From Octopus sinensis (Eukaryota): 64,000 bases of DNA. The notes beneath the pieces were generated by a model. The model searched no databases and was not told the origin of the DNA. It saw only the letters and a program-made list of their open reading frames with translations. The first letter of the stretch is position 1, and every line of letters begins with the position of its first letter. Location of the stretch: NCBI RefSeq assembly GCF_006345805.1, contig NC_043011.1, positions 55,998,464 to 56,062,463 of the forward strand, written 5' to 3'. Position numbers and translations under genes: made by a program. Positions 53,386 to 62,879 of the stretch are shown here, piece by piece.

Positions 53386-54029
53386 ATATTATTATTATTA
53401 CTTATTATTATGTTATTATATTTTAGTATATTATATTATTATTATCATTATTATTATTATTACTATATATTATTATTATTATTATTATTATTTTGTTTGG
53501 TATTTAACAATTTCCTGCTGACGAAAGAAGTCATGGTTCTCACTTTAAATTTGCTGGTAACAAAAAAAGAAAAGAAAGAAAAAAATGAGAAATCAAAAAA
53601 CAAACTGGTTTCTATCTTTTATTTTCCTCAAAATCCTTCCTCAGAAGCAAAATTGAAATTTTGTTTATTCATTTATGAAATTTTTTACATTTATTTTTTT
53701 TCCATTCATTCAAATATTTTTTTCAGAATTTTTTCAGTCAGATATTTTCCATCCGTTTTTTTGCACTTTTACCCATTTATTTATTTATGATCAAAATTTT
53801 CTTGTTTTTTTTTTGTTTTTCATCCTTTCTCACCCCACTCCAACTTTTGTTTCTAATAACTTTGGGTAGCAAAAAGAAGATGAAGTAGCAATCTTGAAAC
53901 GAGAATGCGAACGGCTGAACAAAAACAAAGACACCATCAGCAGGAAATTAAAAGCTCTGGAAGACACCAAAGTCGAAGGGGAGAAAGAAAAGGAGATGCT
54001 GAAGTCCCAGATCAATGTTCTGGAGAAAG
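21939..54029 (+). CDS. CFAP58: Cilia- and flagella-associated protein 58 (CCDC147), 5' part; 9 coding exons, 3' end outside the window
   Basis: Exons join in frame with GT-AG ends and matching phases. The translation includes [45 protein letters not shown]...[10 protein letters not shown]|[10 protein letters not shown], which matches human CFAP58 as recalled ([45 protein letters not shown]...DQTTIASLKK|EIEKAWKMVD). Confidence 0.93.
22425..22800 (-). mobile_element. Same SINE family as 26359, opposite orientation
   Basis: About 90% identical by eye over about 370 bp. Confidence 0.9.
24778..24981 (+). CDS. CFAP58: CFAP58 exon 2 (204 nt, E/K/P-rich low complexity)
   Basis: tttacag|GAA...TCAGAA|gtaagc; phase 0-0; [20 protein letters not shown]...SMDDNLSE. 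Assigned by splice signals and phase, not by homology. Confidence 0.75.
25234..25652. mobile_element. Merlin-like MITE with 8-bp TSD
   Basis: TIRs GGATCTTTTCGGTTTGAC.../...TTCAAACCGAAAAGATCC; AGAAAATG duplicated on both sides; GG termini. Confidence 0.8.
26359..26738 (+). mobile_element. Full-length tRNA-derived SINE with about 13-bp TSD
   Basis: GTGGAGGCGCAATGGCCCAGTGG...GGTTTCGATTCC head, (AAAC)n tail; AACAGCACCAGTA / AACAGCACCACTA flanks. Confidence 0.9.
28239..28575. mobile_element. Same MITE family, almost fully palindromic (about 140-bp TIRs)
   Basis: GGATCTTTTCGCTTTGACCGGCAG...CTGCCGGTCAAGGCAAAAAGATCC; arms pair over most of the length; no TSD seen. Confidence 0.8.
30078..30832 (+). 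mobile_element. R4/Dong-like non-LTR retrotransposon 3' fragment (CCHC + restriction-like endonuclease)
   Basis: DVKTRKIL...KGRGL; [12 protein letters not shown]; [18 protein letters not shown]; EYWWN; [21 protein letters not shown]; [12 protein letters not shown]; degraded. Confidence 0.82.
32258..32595 (+). repeat. Compound (GAT)n/(GGT)n/(GGC) trinucleotide array with higher-order periodicity
   Basis: Three GAT-to-GGT cycles, each containing GGCGGC; ends about 40 nt before exon 3. Confidence 0.95.
32635..32733 (+). CDS. CFAP58: CFAP58 exon 3 (99 nt)
   Basis: ttttgtag|AAA...CAAGCA|gtaagc; [33 protein letters not shown]; the C-terminal half aligns to human LEESAFEEMERDFQG. Confidence 0.9.
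33158..34066 (+). mobile_element. Internally deleted mariner inserted at the TA run of a SINE
   Basis: TA|CGAGGGGGTACCC terminus; HTH region, [11 protein letters not shown], then a jump to the C-terminus [14 protein letters not shown]...EYFEG; most of the catalytic region is missing. Confidence 0.85.
36127..36342 (+). CDS. CFAP58: CFAP58 exon 4 (216 nt)
   Basis: ttttggcag|GTC...AAGAAG|gtaacc; [14 protein letters not shown]...TNIASLKK; strong similarity to CFAP58. Confidence 0.96.
37591..37943 (+). repeat. Tandem duplication of about 175 bp ending 29 nt before exon 5
   Basis: Units 37591-37763 and 37764-37943, each with an internal (CA)n. Confidence 0.92.
37973..38121 (+). CDS. CFAP58: CFAP58 exon 5 (149 nt, ends phase 2)
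   Basis: gttgtag|GAA...CAAAA|gtaagt; [49 protein letters not shown]. Confidence 0.95.
39240..39720 (-). mobile_element. Mariner C-terminal fragment (same family as 17849-18659)
   Basis: [11 protein letters not shown]...[30 protein letters not shown]. Confidence 0.88.
39853..40365 (-). mobile_element. Young RTE 3' UTR copy (inverted relative to 50460-50960)
   Basis: About 95% identical by eye to 50460-50959. Confidence 0.9.
42272..42517. repeat. Near-perfect inverted repeat (about 120-bp arms, TTT loop)
   Basis: Arms pair around 42396-42398. The only clear discrepancy is a 4-nt ATAT bulge in the left arm. Confidence 0.95.
42834..43038. repeat. Inverted repeat (about 95-bp arms, about 15-nt loop)
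   Basis: ataatacaaataagaaaatggagaaac...ggga versus tccc...tttctccattttcttatttgtattat; 5 mismatches by eye. Confidence 0.93.
43590..44690 (+). mobile_element. RTE LINE 3' part with PHD-like finger, interrupted by a 162-bp insert
   Basis: [32 protein letters not shown]...FVCG*C; [12 protein letters not shown]...LHGSETWAV...MLERNE. Confidence 0.88.
44670..44835 (+). repeat. (GGT)/(GAA)/(GAG) purine-rich trinucleotide tract
   Basis: Direct inspection. (TAA)n tracts also at 35510-35572, 35950-36090 and 53245-53495. Confidence 0.95.
45262..45418 (+). CDS. CFAP58: CFAP58 exon 6 (157 nt, phase 2-0)
   Basis: poly-T tract + ag|A ATG CAA...ACTGAA|gtaagg; [29 protein letters not shown]...EEKITE; coiled-coil heptads. 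Confidence 0.92.
47559..47753 (+). CDS. CFAP58: CFAP58 exon 7 (195 nt)
   Basis: catttcag|CTA...ATGAAA|gtaagt; [27 protein letters not shown] aligns to human FQQEIQQRQNEASREFRKKEKLEKELK. Confidence 0.94.
47969..48185 (+). mobile_element. 5'-truncated RTE tail with 4x 21-bp tandem repeat at its 5' junction
   Basis: TTGGCGTTAGGAAGGGCATCC variants x4 (47969-48052), then the normal tail. Confidence 0.88.
49290..49570 (+). mobile_element. Penelope-type terminal repeat fragment ending in (TA)n
   Basis: Carries a degenerate hammerhead (CCTAAGA...CTGAAACAGCTGTAAG, 49335-49364). 49467-49568 is homologous to the arms of the 42834-43038 hairpin. Confidence 0.5.
49642..49779 (+). CDS. CFAP58: CFAP58 exon 8 (138 nt)
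   Basis: gctttcag|GTT...CTGAAG|gtaaga; [20 protein letters not shown]...[16 protein letters not shown]. Confidence 0.92.
50293..50960 (+). mobile_element. Young RTE 3' end with (GAT)n tail
   Basis: [50 protein letters not shown], then 3' UTR ending GGACGTTAAACGATGATGATG. Confidence 0.9.
51505..52030 (+). repeat. (GA)n array interspersed with GAGTTA hexamers
   Basis: Direct inspection. Confidence 0.95.
52310..52690 (+). mobile_element. Second abundant tRNA-derived SINE family (internal TA/TG microsatellite)
   Basis: CCAACCACATGGTTCCGGGTTCAGTCCCACTG...GGCGGTGCTCCAGCATGGCCGCAGTC. Other copies near 980-1250, 11080-11360, 20090-20215, 21420-21760, 33000-33150, 34900-35180, 39060-39240, 53060-53220 and 57650-57815. 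Confidence 0.88.
53870..54029 (+). CDS. CFAP58: CFAP58 exon 9 (160 nt, ends phase 1)
   Basis: gggtag|CAA...GAGAAAG|gtaaaa; [32 protein letters not shown]...[10 protein letters not shown] aligns to human AKEEEVHQMRLDIGKLNKIRE...LKNQIVGLER. Confidence 0.93.
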
Positions 54030-54064
54030 GTAAAAAGGAACCTTACGAAAATATATATATGTGG

Positions 54065-54095
<31 letters not shown>

Positions 54096-54510
54096 GTTTG
54101 TGATGTTAGCTGAAAGATGTTAGATGCAATTACAGAACATTTACCATTGCCCTCTCTCACTAACTAGAACAGAAATCTATGGATTTGTGGTGTGTGTGTG
54201 TGTGTGTGGTGTGTGTGTGTGTGTGCATGCGTGCATGCTTATGCATGCATGTGTGTGTTTATACACACACACACATATATACATATGTATATATGTGTGT
54301 ATATATATATATACTACAAAATTAGAGAATGGAGAAATATACTTAAATCAGTAAAACATCAACTATCCGATGATACTCAATCCATACTTTAATACCCATT
54401 ACATATGAGAAAGGCAATACATAAAATGAAATGAGATATAAACAGTAATAGTAAAACGATAAAGAGATATAAGTAAAAAATTTTCAAATATAATATGCAA
54501 ATAAATCAAA

Positions 54511-54620
54511 ACTGGACAGCTGTTTCGGCAGTGAGGACAGTCATACCTCATTTAACCTATAAGCCATAAAGGCAGGTATAAATGAGGCATTAACAAGGAT
54601 GCCCACGGCCTCTTCAGAGA
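54511..54620 (-). ncRNA. Hammerhead-like motif with long structured stem II; stem I disrupted
   Basis: CTGAAGA-GGC...GCC-GAAA-CAGCTG-TC. The insert contains a CCTCATTTA/TAAATGAGG hairpin. The 1.1/2.1 pair is a C/T mismatch. Confidence 0.5.
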
Positions 54621-55096
54621 ATTAAATAAATTTGTTATAATAGTGAAAAAATATTTTACAATCATATACATATAAATATAAAATATAAAAATGTAAAATA
54701 TAAAAACTGACATCATAATGCTACACTTATATAATTAAATACACATTGGTACAAAAAGGAAGGTAAACAGAACAAAAAAACAAAATATATAATAGTGTAT
54801 ATATAAATCAATAAGTACGATATTATAATATTTGGCTAATGTTTTTTATATATAAAAAAAAAAAAAAGGGCAAACATATATGAGAGATGAAAATAATAAT
54901 TAAATCCGTGGTACAGTTCATAAGATTTAACGCTATAAAAGTTAATAACAATTACTATTAATTATAATAATTAATAATAATAATAATAATAATAAGATAA
55001 TAATAATAATAAAAAAAAAATATAATATAGATATATAGATAGATATAATATATAGATATAATATTATATATATAATATATATATATTATATATATA

Positions 55097-55146
<50 letters not shown>

Positions 55147-55334
55147 ACAATATATACATATATATTATATATGTATATATAATGTATTCTATATTATGTA
55201 TGTATATATATAGTATATATGATATATATATATGTATATATGTAATATATATATATCATCATCATCATCATCATCATCATTAGCGTCCGTTCTCCATGCT
55301 AGCATATATATATGTATATATATATCGGTATATA

Positions 55335-55366
<32 letters not shown>

Positions 55367-55449
55367 CATATATATATATATAATATATATATTATATATA
55401 TAATATATATATATCATATATATATACATACATATATATATATAGACAA

Positions 55450-55485
<36 letters not shown>

Positions 55486-55499
55486 TGTATGTATATATA

Positions 55500-56590
55500 T
55501 ATAATACATACTGCGTGATCTCAACATAGTTGGAAAACTGGGAGAATGGCTTCATGACTTTCTTGAAGGATAGAAGTCAGGTGTAGTAGCCAATGGGGCC
55601 ACCTCCATTAACACACAAATAGTGAGCGGTGTCCGCAGGGCACTGTTCTGGGACCACTACTGTTCATAATGGCCCTCTCAAGACAGGCCTCAGCCACGCA
55701 AGAGCCACGATCACAAGTTATGCAGATGATACAAAAGTTTCACAGGCAATACAGAACCCTGAGGACACTAAACACCTGCAATGTGAGGGACGAAATATAC
55801 AAGTGGGCTGAAAAGAATAGCATGCAGTTCAATGCTGGAAAGTTTCAAGCTTTATACTATCAGCATGCAAAACTGAATGCAATCCCCATGAATACACTGG
55901 ACCCGGAGGGATTGCAATCCCAGAGGCACAATCAGTGCGTGACCTGGGTATTCACATGAGTGATGACGCGACCTTTCATGTACATGTTGCTAAACTGACA
56001 ATGAAATGTAGACGGCTGGCTGATGGATTCTTAGAACCTTTAGAACAAGAGAACAAGAAACCATGATGGTCCTCTGGAGACACTTGTCCTAAGCCACTTT
56101 GACTATTGCTCTCAGCTATGGTCACCATCCAGTGTCAAGTTGATCACAGAACTTGAGGCGACCAACGAAGCTACACAAAGAAGATAGCCTCTATGCAGAA
56201 TGTAAGCTACTGGAAAGACTCAAGAGATTAAAATTATATCCCTGGGTGTAGGCGGAAAGATATGCCATAATATACATCTGGAAGATCCTGGAGGGAAGTG
56301 TCCTGAACTTTGGCATCGAGAGTTACGCAAATGCCAGAACTGGGCGCCACTGCGTGGTGCCTAGGACTCCAAACCTGCCATCAAGATGTCGGACAAGATT
56401 CTGTGATAGCCTGGGTTTCCGAGGCCCACAGCTCTTCAATATCCTCCCGAGAACCTGAGAGACCTGCATGGGGGGATACAGATGTCTTTAAAATGAAGCT
56501 GGATCTCTTCCTGTCAGGTGTCCCAGATGAACCAACTTCACGGCAGGAGGGGCAGATGAGGGCAGCTGCATCAAACTCTCTCATGCACCA
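55500..56590 (+). mobile_element. CR1/L2-group LINE reverse transcriptase remnant
   Basis: SG(V)PQGTVLGPLLFIMAL, SYADDTKV, KWAEKNSMQFNAGKFQ; frameshifted. Confidence 0.88.
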
Positions 56591-56775
56591 AATAGCAGTT
56601 GCTAGAAAACCTCCATGAAGTGAAACCAAGTAGCAACACCAAATGGCGGTGCCCCAGCATGGCCACAGCTCATAAGCTGAAACTAGAATCAATCAATCAA
56701 TCATCAATCAATCAATCATATGTATATATGTATATATATATATATATGTATGTATATATATATATGTTATATATA

Positions 56776-56821
<46 letters not shown>

Positions 56822-57814
56822 CCATAAATCTACTCTATTTTATTCTCAGCTTATTTCAAGTATTTTATTCAATGCTGCAATTTTAACACAACTTCATAAC
56901 TACATTTGTCATGCTCCACACTTCCCATTATATAGACATAGACACACGCACTCCCTTTTAGAAGTCCATTTTTATATATCCCACACTTTCAACCTGTCTA
57001 CATTTCCAAGACCTCTCAATCACACTTTAGATATTATTCTTTTGCCTTGGTGTACTTTTATACAGAGCAAGAGTATAGAGACCTCTCTGCTTCCTCTACA
57101 AATCTCTCCCCCTCTCTTTCTCTCCATTCTCTCCCACTCTTGCTATTCGGTTAAACCAATTACAAATTTCTCAAATATTTATTTTTATCATTTTTATTTT
57201 GTTTTAGAGTTTTACTCTTTTATTCCATCTATTTTTCATTTTTTCGTTATTTAAGTTTTGGCTTTCTTTCACTATTACTATTCTGTAAATCTGGTCCATG
57301 GTTGGAGGAGTGAGGGAGAGATAGATTGATATTTACATGCACACACACACACAGACACACACACACATACACCTTATATATATAAGCACCTTTCGAGTGT
57401 TGGGCCTCACAGAGGCAATGACAAACGACCGAGACCTTTGGTATTATGCTGTGCTTGAGAAGAGCCACCAACCCAAGTGAAATTGTAGTCATGGCAGATA
57501 TTGGTATCACACACACACACATATATAGATATACACAGACATGTATATATGTATATTTGTATATACGTGGTGTGTGGTGTATATTAATATATAGATATAT
57601 ATATATATATATATATTAATATATATACCATATATATATTACATATATATGACAGGCTTCTTTCAGTTTCCGTCTACCAAATCCACTCACAAGGCATTGT
57701 TGGCCCGGGGCTATAGCAGAAGACACTTGCCCAAGAGCCACGCAGTGGGGACCTGAACCCGGAAAACCATGTGGTTGGTTAGCAAGCTACTTACCACACA
57801 GCCACTCCTGCGCC

Positions 57815-57849
<35 letters not shown>

Positions 57850-58386
57850 GTATGTACATATATAAATTATTTTTTCGTAATGAGATAAAAAAAGCCAAGG
57901 GTGTGTAGATTTTAGAACATTTATAGACAGAAGGTCTTACAGCTGTTTCCAGGATATTTATTATATCCCTTCATCGGTTTCCAATGAAGGCACCTGTGGA
58001 AGAGGTAGACCTAGGAAGACATGGGACAAGATAGTGACGCATGATCTTTGAATGTGGGATCTCACGGAGGTGATGACAAGAGACCAAAACCTTTGAGGAT
58101 TTGCTCTGCTTGAGAAGACTCATCAAGCCAAGTGAAAGTGTAGTTGTTGCCGGAGCTGGTGACACATAAATGCACCTGTACCAGTGACACATAAAAGGCA
58201 CTCAGTACACTCTTGGTGTGTTTGGTGTTAAGAAGGGCATCCAGCTGTAGAGACCAAACCAAAATCAGACTGGGGCTTGGTGCAGCTCTCCACCCAACCA
58301 GTTCCAATCAAACCGTTTAACCCATGCCAACATGGAAAATGGACGTTAAATGATGATGATATATGTATATATGGTGTGTCTATCTT

Positions 58387-58465
<79 letters not shown>

Positions 58466-58489
58466 AGTTTAATGCAGTTATAATTCAAA

Positions 58490-59500
58490 CATTTTACTTC
58501 CGACACATGTTTCGAAGATCTCACTGATATTATTCAAAAGGAATAAATGGTGTAAAACAACGTAATCTTCTCTTCAGGAAAGTGAAGAAATGAAACTCGC
58601 CAATAAGACATTTTAACAGAAAATGATGGATATGTATAGTGATTTACTGAATGCTATTTATATTGTTTGAAAAAACGTTATATGATATAACATCAGAAGT
58701 GGCATATAGAAAGAGGAGGGATATATTTTTACTGAATGTTAAATATAAAAAGAAAATTAATGTTTAAATTATATATAACGATAGAGATTACTTATATGAA
58801 CTAAAGGTGTGTTTTTGCCAATGTTTACATCGGTATGCATGCTCTATAACCGTGTTTACTAGGGAATTTTTAGAAAAAATAATGAAAAATAGTTCAGAAT
58901 TACAGAGAAGATAGAATTCCTTGCCTTTGTCATAAGGTATCGAGATTGAGAGACCCAACCATTCTAAATTGAATTGTTCATTGTGGTTTTTAGATCCCAA
59001 ATTCATTTACTGAGCCCTGTACTGTTACGTTTATTCCTATCCCTAAATGTTGAGTAATGGATAGAATTTCTTTTAGATAACTGTAATGATGTGCTTCCAA
59101 TGTATAATCGTACTTTATTATGAGTAATGACTTTACATTGGTATATAGAATTTTTAATTTTAGAGTTACTTGTCATAAACTTGATTCTGTTGTAATTGAC
59201 TTCAGATACAATAACCTTATTATTAATATTTCTAGCCGGATGGATGGTATTAGCTAAATTAATGTTAGTATTAGTAAATGTATTAATATTTAACAGGTTG
59301 TTATTATATGAAGAGATAATTTGTAAGAGATTTTTTGTGTTGGAAAAACCAATCCTAATCGTATGTGAGTTGATAATAGAGTAATACCTAAAATTCTTTG
59401 GAAAATTCCTAATAATAGCTTCACAAAACTGCAATGGGAGATTAGATTTAATTTGCCTCCAGTATGGAAGAATGAATGAACCAAATATCTTCACAACTGA
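58490..59500 (-). mobile_element. Penelope-like element remnant (RT C-terminal region + GIY-YIG endonuclease)
   Basis: ORFs 59003-59494 and 58788-59006: NSIYQCKV...LYIGSTS...SKRNSIHYSTFRDRNKRNSTGLSK*IWDLK; FNLEWL...PYDKG...LLCNSELFFII...CKHWQK. These fit the PLE GIY-YIG layout, with a hammerhead in the 3' flank. Confidence 0.85.
58496..58583 (-). ncRNA. Type I hammerhead ribozyme motif (Penelope-associated), core intact
   Basis: Minus strand: ACTTTC-CTGAAGA-GAAGAT...ATCTTC-GAAA-CATGTG-TC^GGAAGT. Stem I 6 bp, stem II 6 bp starting G-C, short stem III, GUC triplet. Confidence 0.75.
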
Positions 59501-59619
59501 GGTTGGAGCTAGGGATTCATATTAGGCTTCTGTGTTGGCAGGTATACATTAGAGGAAAAGGGACCACAAAACCCAAGGCAGGACGAGTATCTCAAGTCAT
59601 TTATAATAATTTAGAGTAA

Positions 59620-60200
59620 GGTGAATTTGAAGTCTTACAGCTGTTTCTGGGATATCCCAAGTGATAGTCTAGTATGTCTGTATACTGGGTTTTCCATCAT
59701 CAGAGACAAGGTATGTATGAAAGTTCTAGACAGGGAAATTCACAGTTTATAAGGAATAAAATAGAATAATAAAGAGTTAAAGTAGATAGAAGAATACAGA
59801 CAGGAGAATAAAGTTTGCAGTTCATCTTTTTCCAGAGAGTATGGAGGTTGGTCCATACTTCCATGAAGGTGTGGGCCCTTAGGTACAATCCCAGGTAAAT
59901 CCAGGCAGTATTTTGAATGATGCGTTCATGTTGATTAAGTGGTTGGTTAGTATGTAAATAGTCCATGTGGTCATATGGAGTGAGAAAGACAGACATCAAG
60001 GTAGACAGAAGTGGGTTGTGAGTGAGGGAATAGAAGAGAGAAGAGAAAGAGAGAAAAGAAGGTGAGAAAGAGAAGAGAGAGAGAAAAAAAGAGAGAAAAG
60101 ACAGGAATGGGATAGGTGTGAGGAAAGAATGAATGGGAGTGAGAGTAAAGGAAAATCCAAAACTCAAAATAAAATAAAAATAATAAATAAATAAAAATAA
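59620..60200 (-). mobile_element. Second Penelope-like 3' end (degraded EN C-terminus, UTR, hammerhead)
   Basis: Degraded LHTLWKKMN resembles the PLE L.TL.P.G.N terminus, and is followed by the hammerhead at 59632-59707. Confidence 0.5.
59632..59707 (-). ncRNA. Type I hammerhead ribozyme motif (Penelope-associated), core intact
   Basis: Minus strand: GTCT-CTGATGA-TGG...CCA-GAAA-CAGCTG-TA^AGAC. Stem I 4 bp, palindromic stem III ACAGCTGT, GUA triplet. Confidence 0.68.
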
Positions 60201-60341
60201 AAAGAATGAAGGTAGAGATAAGGTGCCACAGGTGAGAGGTCAGACATTAAGTTTTTTGGTAAAGTGGTGGAGGAAGGTATTTATGTCTATTAATTAAATA
60301 GAGGAAATCTAGGTGTGGTGTGGTCATTGACCACTGACTTG

Positions 60342-60411
<70 letters not shown>

Positions 60412-60432
60412 ATATATACACACACACAATAC

Positions 60433-60465
<33 letters not shown>

Positions 60466-62733
60466 TACATACACACATATATACCTGTATGTGTGTGTGT
60501 GTGTGTGTGTATACACATGGAAATATATATTTCACACAAGCAAAGCATTCATGATTCTGCCAGCTCAATGCTTTCAGCAGCTGTTAAATATAACCAAATG
60601 TGCACAAGTTCAATCCCAACCTGAAGCTGCTAAGAAGACTTTCATGGGTCAGATTTCACAATGACACCAAACCTTGAACAGATCGGAATTCCTAGAGTTA
60701 TTTACTTATCTATTTATCACAACCCACATTGTATTCCTACTTTAGAAATCACAATAGATTCTAGGAAGTTATACACAGCACAAAGTCTGCCCACATTTTA
60801 CAGTTCGTGGGAGGCACTAAAACTGACATTTGCAAGCTTTTATCCAGAACATACCACAAGGACATTAACAAGTCTTGTTTTGAGATGCGGCCTGTCAAAA
60901 CTGTTGTATTTTTAAATCTTAACATTTTTAGCCTGACCTTTTCTTTTAGGAACATTTTAAACTCAGAAAACTCTTTCTCTCACAGCTTTTAATAATTTGG
61001 CAACTTTTCTCAAATGGTTTCTCGTTTCTTCTCCTTTCTCTCCTTTCTTCTTTCTCTCCTTTCTCCTCCTTTCTCTCCCATTAAAGCGTCTGTCGATAAA
61101 GTCATTTCAGTTTGTTTTCTCTAAAAACCACAGATGAAGTTGCATTCGTCATAATTTTGACTTTGCTTCTTTTCTTCCATCTGACGCTAATTTAAAAGCA
61201 CCAATTGTCAAAGACTGGAATTATGTCAACTGGCTTTTGTCCATAATGTTAATGAATGAAAGAAATTCAGCCTTAGCCTCAAACTTATAAGTAAAATATC
61301 ACTTGTAATATAATATATATGAACAACAATTAGTAAACCATTGAAGGAAAATTTTACCAGACGATGTGGGAACCTTTACATGGTCACTTGGCCTACTAGA
61401 AATAGCAACCAAAACTTCCCTTTAACGCATAACCTGTACCAGTAGTCTGAGTTAAACTGTGTCTGTAAGGATGAGGTGGTCATGCCTGAAATGTCTTTGA
61501 TCATAGGTCTGCTTGATCAGGGCTGGTTCTAGCAGCAACACCATCATCGTCGTCATCATCATCATCGTTGTCGTTAACAACAACAACATTGACAATTCCA
61601 TCATCACCATGACAATGGCTTCTGATGATGTTCTTGTTCAAGTCATATGAGCAAGGATTTGAGGATTTTTGTTTCAAGCGCAGCATCCAATATATCTAAA
61701 GAAAAGACTAGTGGGTCACATCTGGAACATATTTGAAGATGGGTTTGCTTGATTAAGGCTGAGTAGGGGCAAGTAAAGGGAAGGGGTTTAAACAACAACA
61801 ATTTGCCTCATTGAAGGTGAACAAGTCTCATGACCAAGCAGCCAGTCCTTCTTTTCCAGACACATTCAGCAATGAAGACTGGTTATTTATGGTTGGAACA
61901 TGTTTAAACCTAATCATACTCAAATAAGGATCGTCCTGGATCTAAAAGAAACAAGTACCAAGGCTATTTAGTAATTATATTATTCTCCAAATAAAAGGGT
62001 GTTTCCCTGATTTCCTCAGCTGACTTCACAGCCATCCTGCATCTGGGAATTCCTTTATTTTCTCTAGAATACTGACATACTTGGCACTTCTAAGTTTGTT
62101 TACAAAATCTTCTCACATTCTAAAGCTACTTCTTAGCATTATAAAAAGGTGGGACCTGTTGTCAGGGATCTCTTACCTTAATGGCACACGGTGCTCGACC
62201 AGAATTTCAGAGATGCAGGTTTCATTTCCCTGTGTAGCCTTGCCGGCCCCTTTTTCCCTTCTTCCAAATGGTACCCAATTTTCCAAACTCTCTTCAAAAC
62301 CTCCCTGCATTTGTGGATTCTTTTACTCTCTGGTACTTATTCTATTGATCTCTTTTGTTGAACTTCCAAGTTATGGGAACATAAACAAATCAACACTGAC
62401 TGCCAGGTGGTGGTGGTGGTGTGGTGGTGGTGGGGATGAACACAAATGAAAAGACAAACACACACACAGATACATACTTACATACATACGTACGTACATA
62501 CGTACATACATACATACATACATACATACATACATACATACATACATACATACATACATACATACATACATACATACATACATACAAACATACATACAAA
62601 CATACAAACATACCTTGTCAATGTTGTTGAAATTGCAATGAAGGAGCCTTGGATCTAGGTTAGAAACCGTCTCTTTCTCTATTGGCAAGAAATCTTGAAA
62701 TAAAACTGAATAATGATATATATGTGTGTGTAT

Positions 62734-62784
<51 letters not shown>

Positions 62785-62879
62785 CAGGAAGCTTTATGAA
62801 AATAAACAAAAGACGAAGGCAGGTGGAGTACAAACAAACAATTGTATTAGTATGGCGCTCAGGAATATAAATAAAACAA

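Noticed and set aside
62173-62301. Possible minus-strand exon GGFEESLENW...HRVPL with AG|GTAAGA donor
   Set aside because: The acceptor lacks a pyrimidine tract and abuts a decayed SINE; no partner exons. GTAAGN hexamers are expected by chance in 64 kb.
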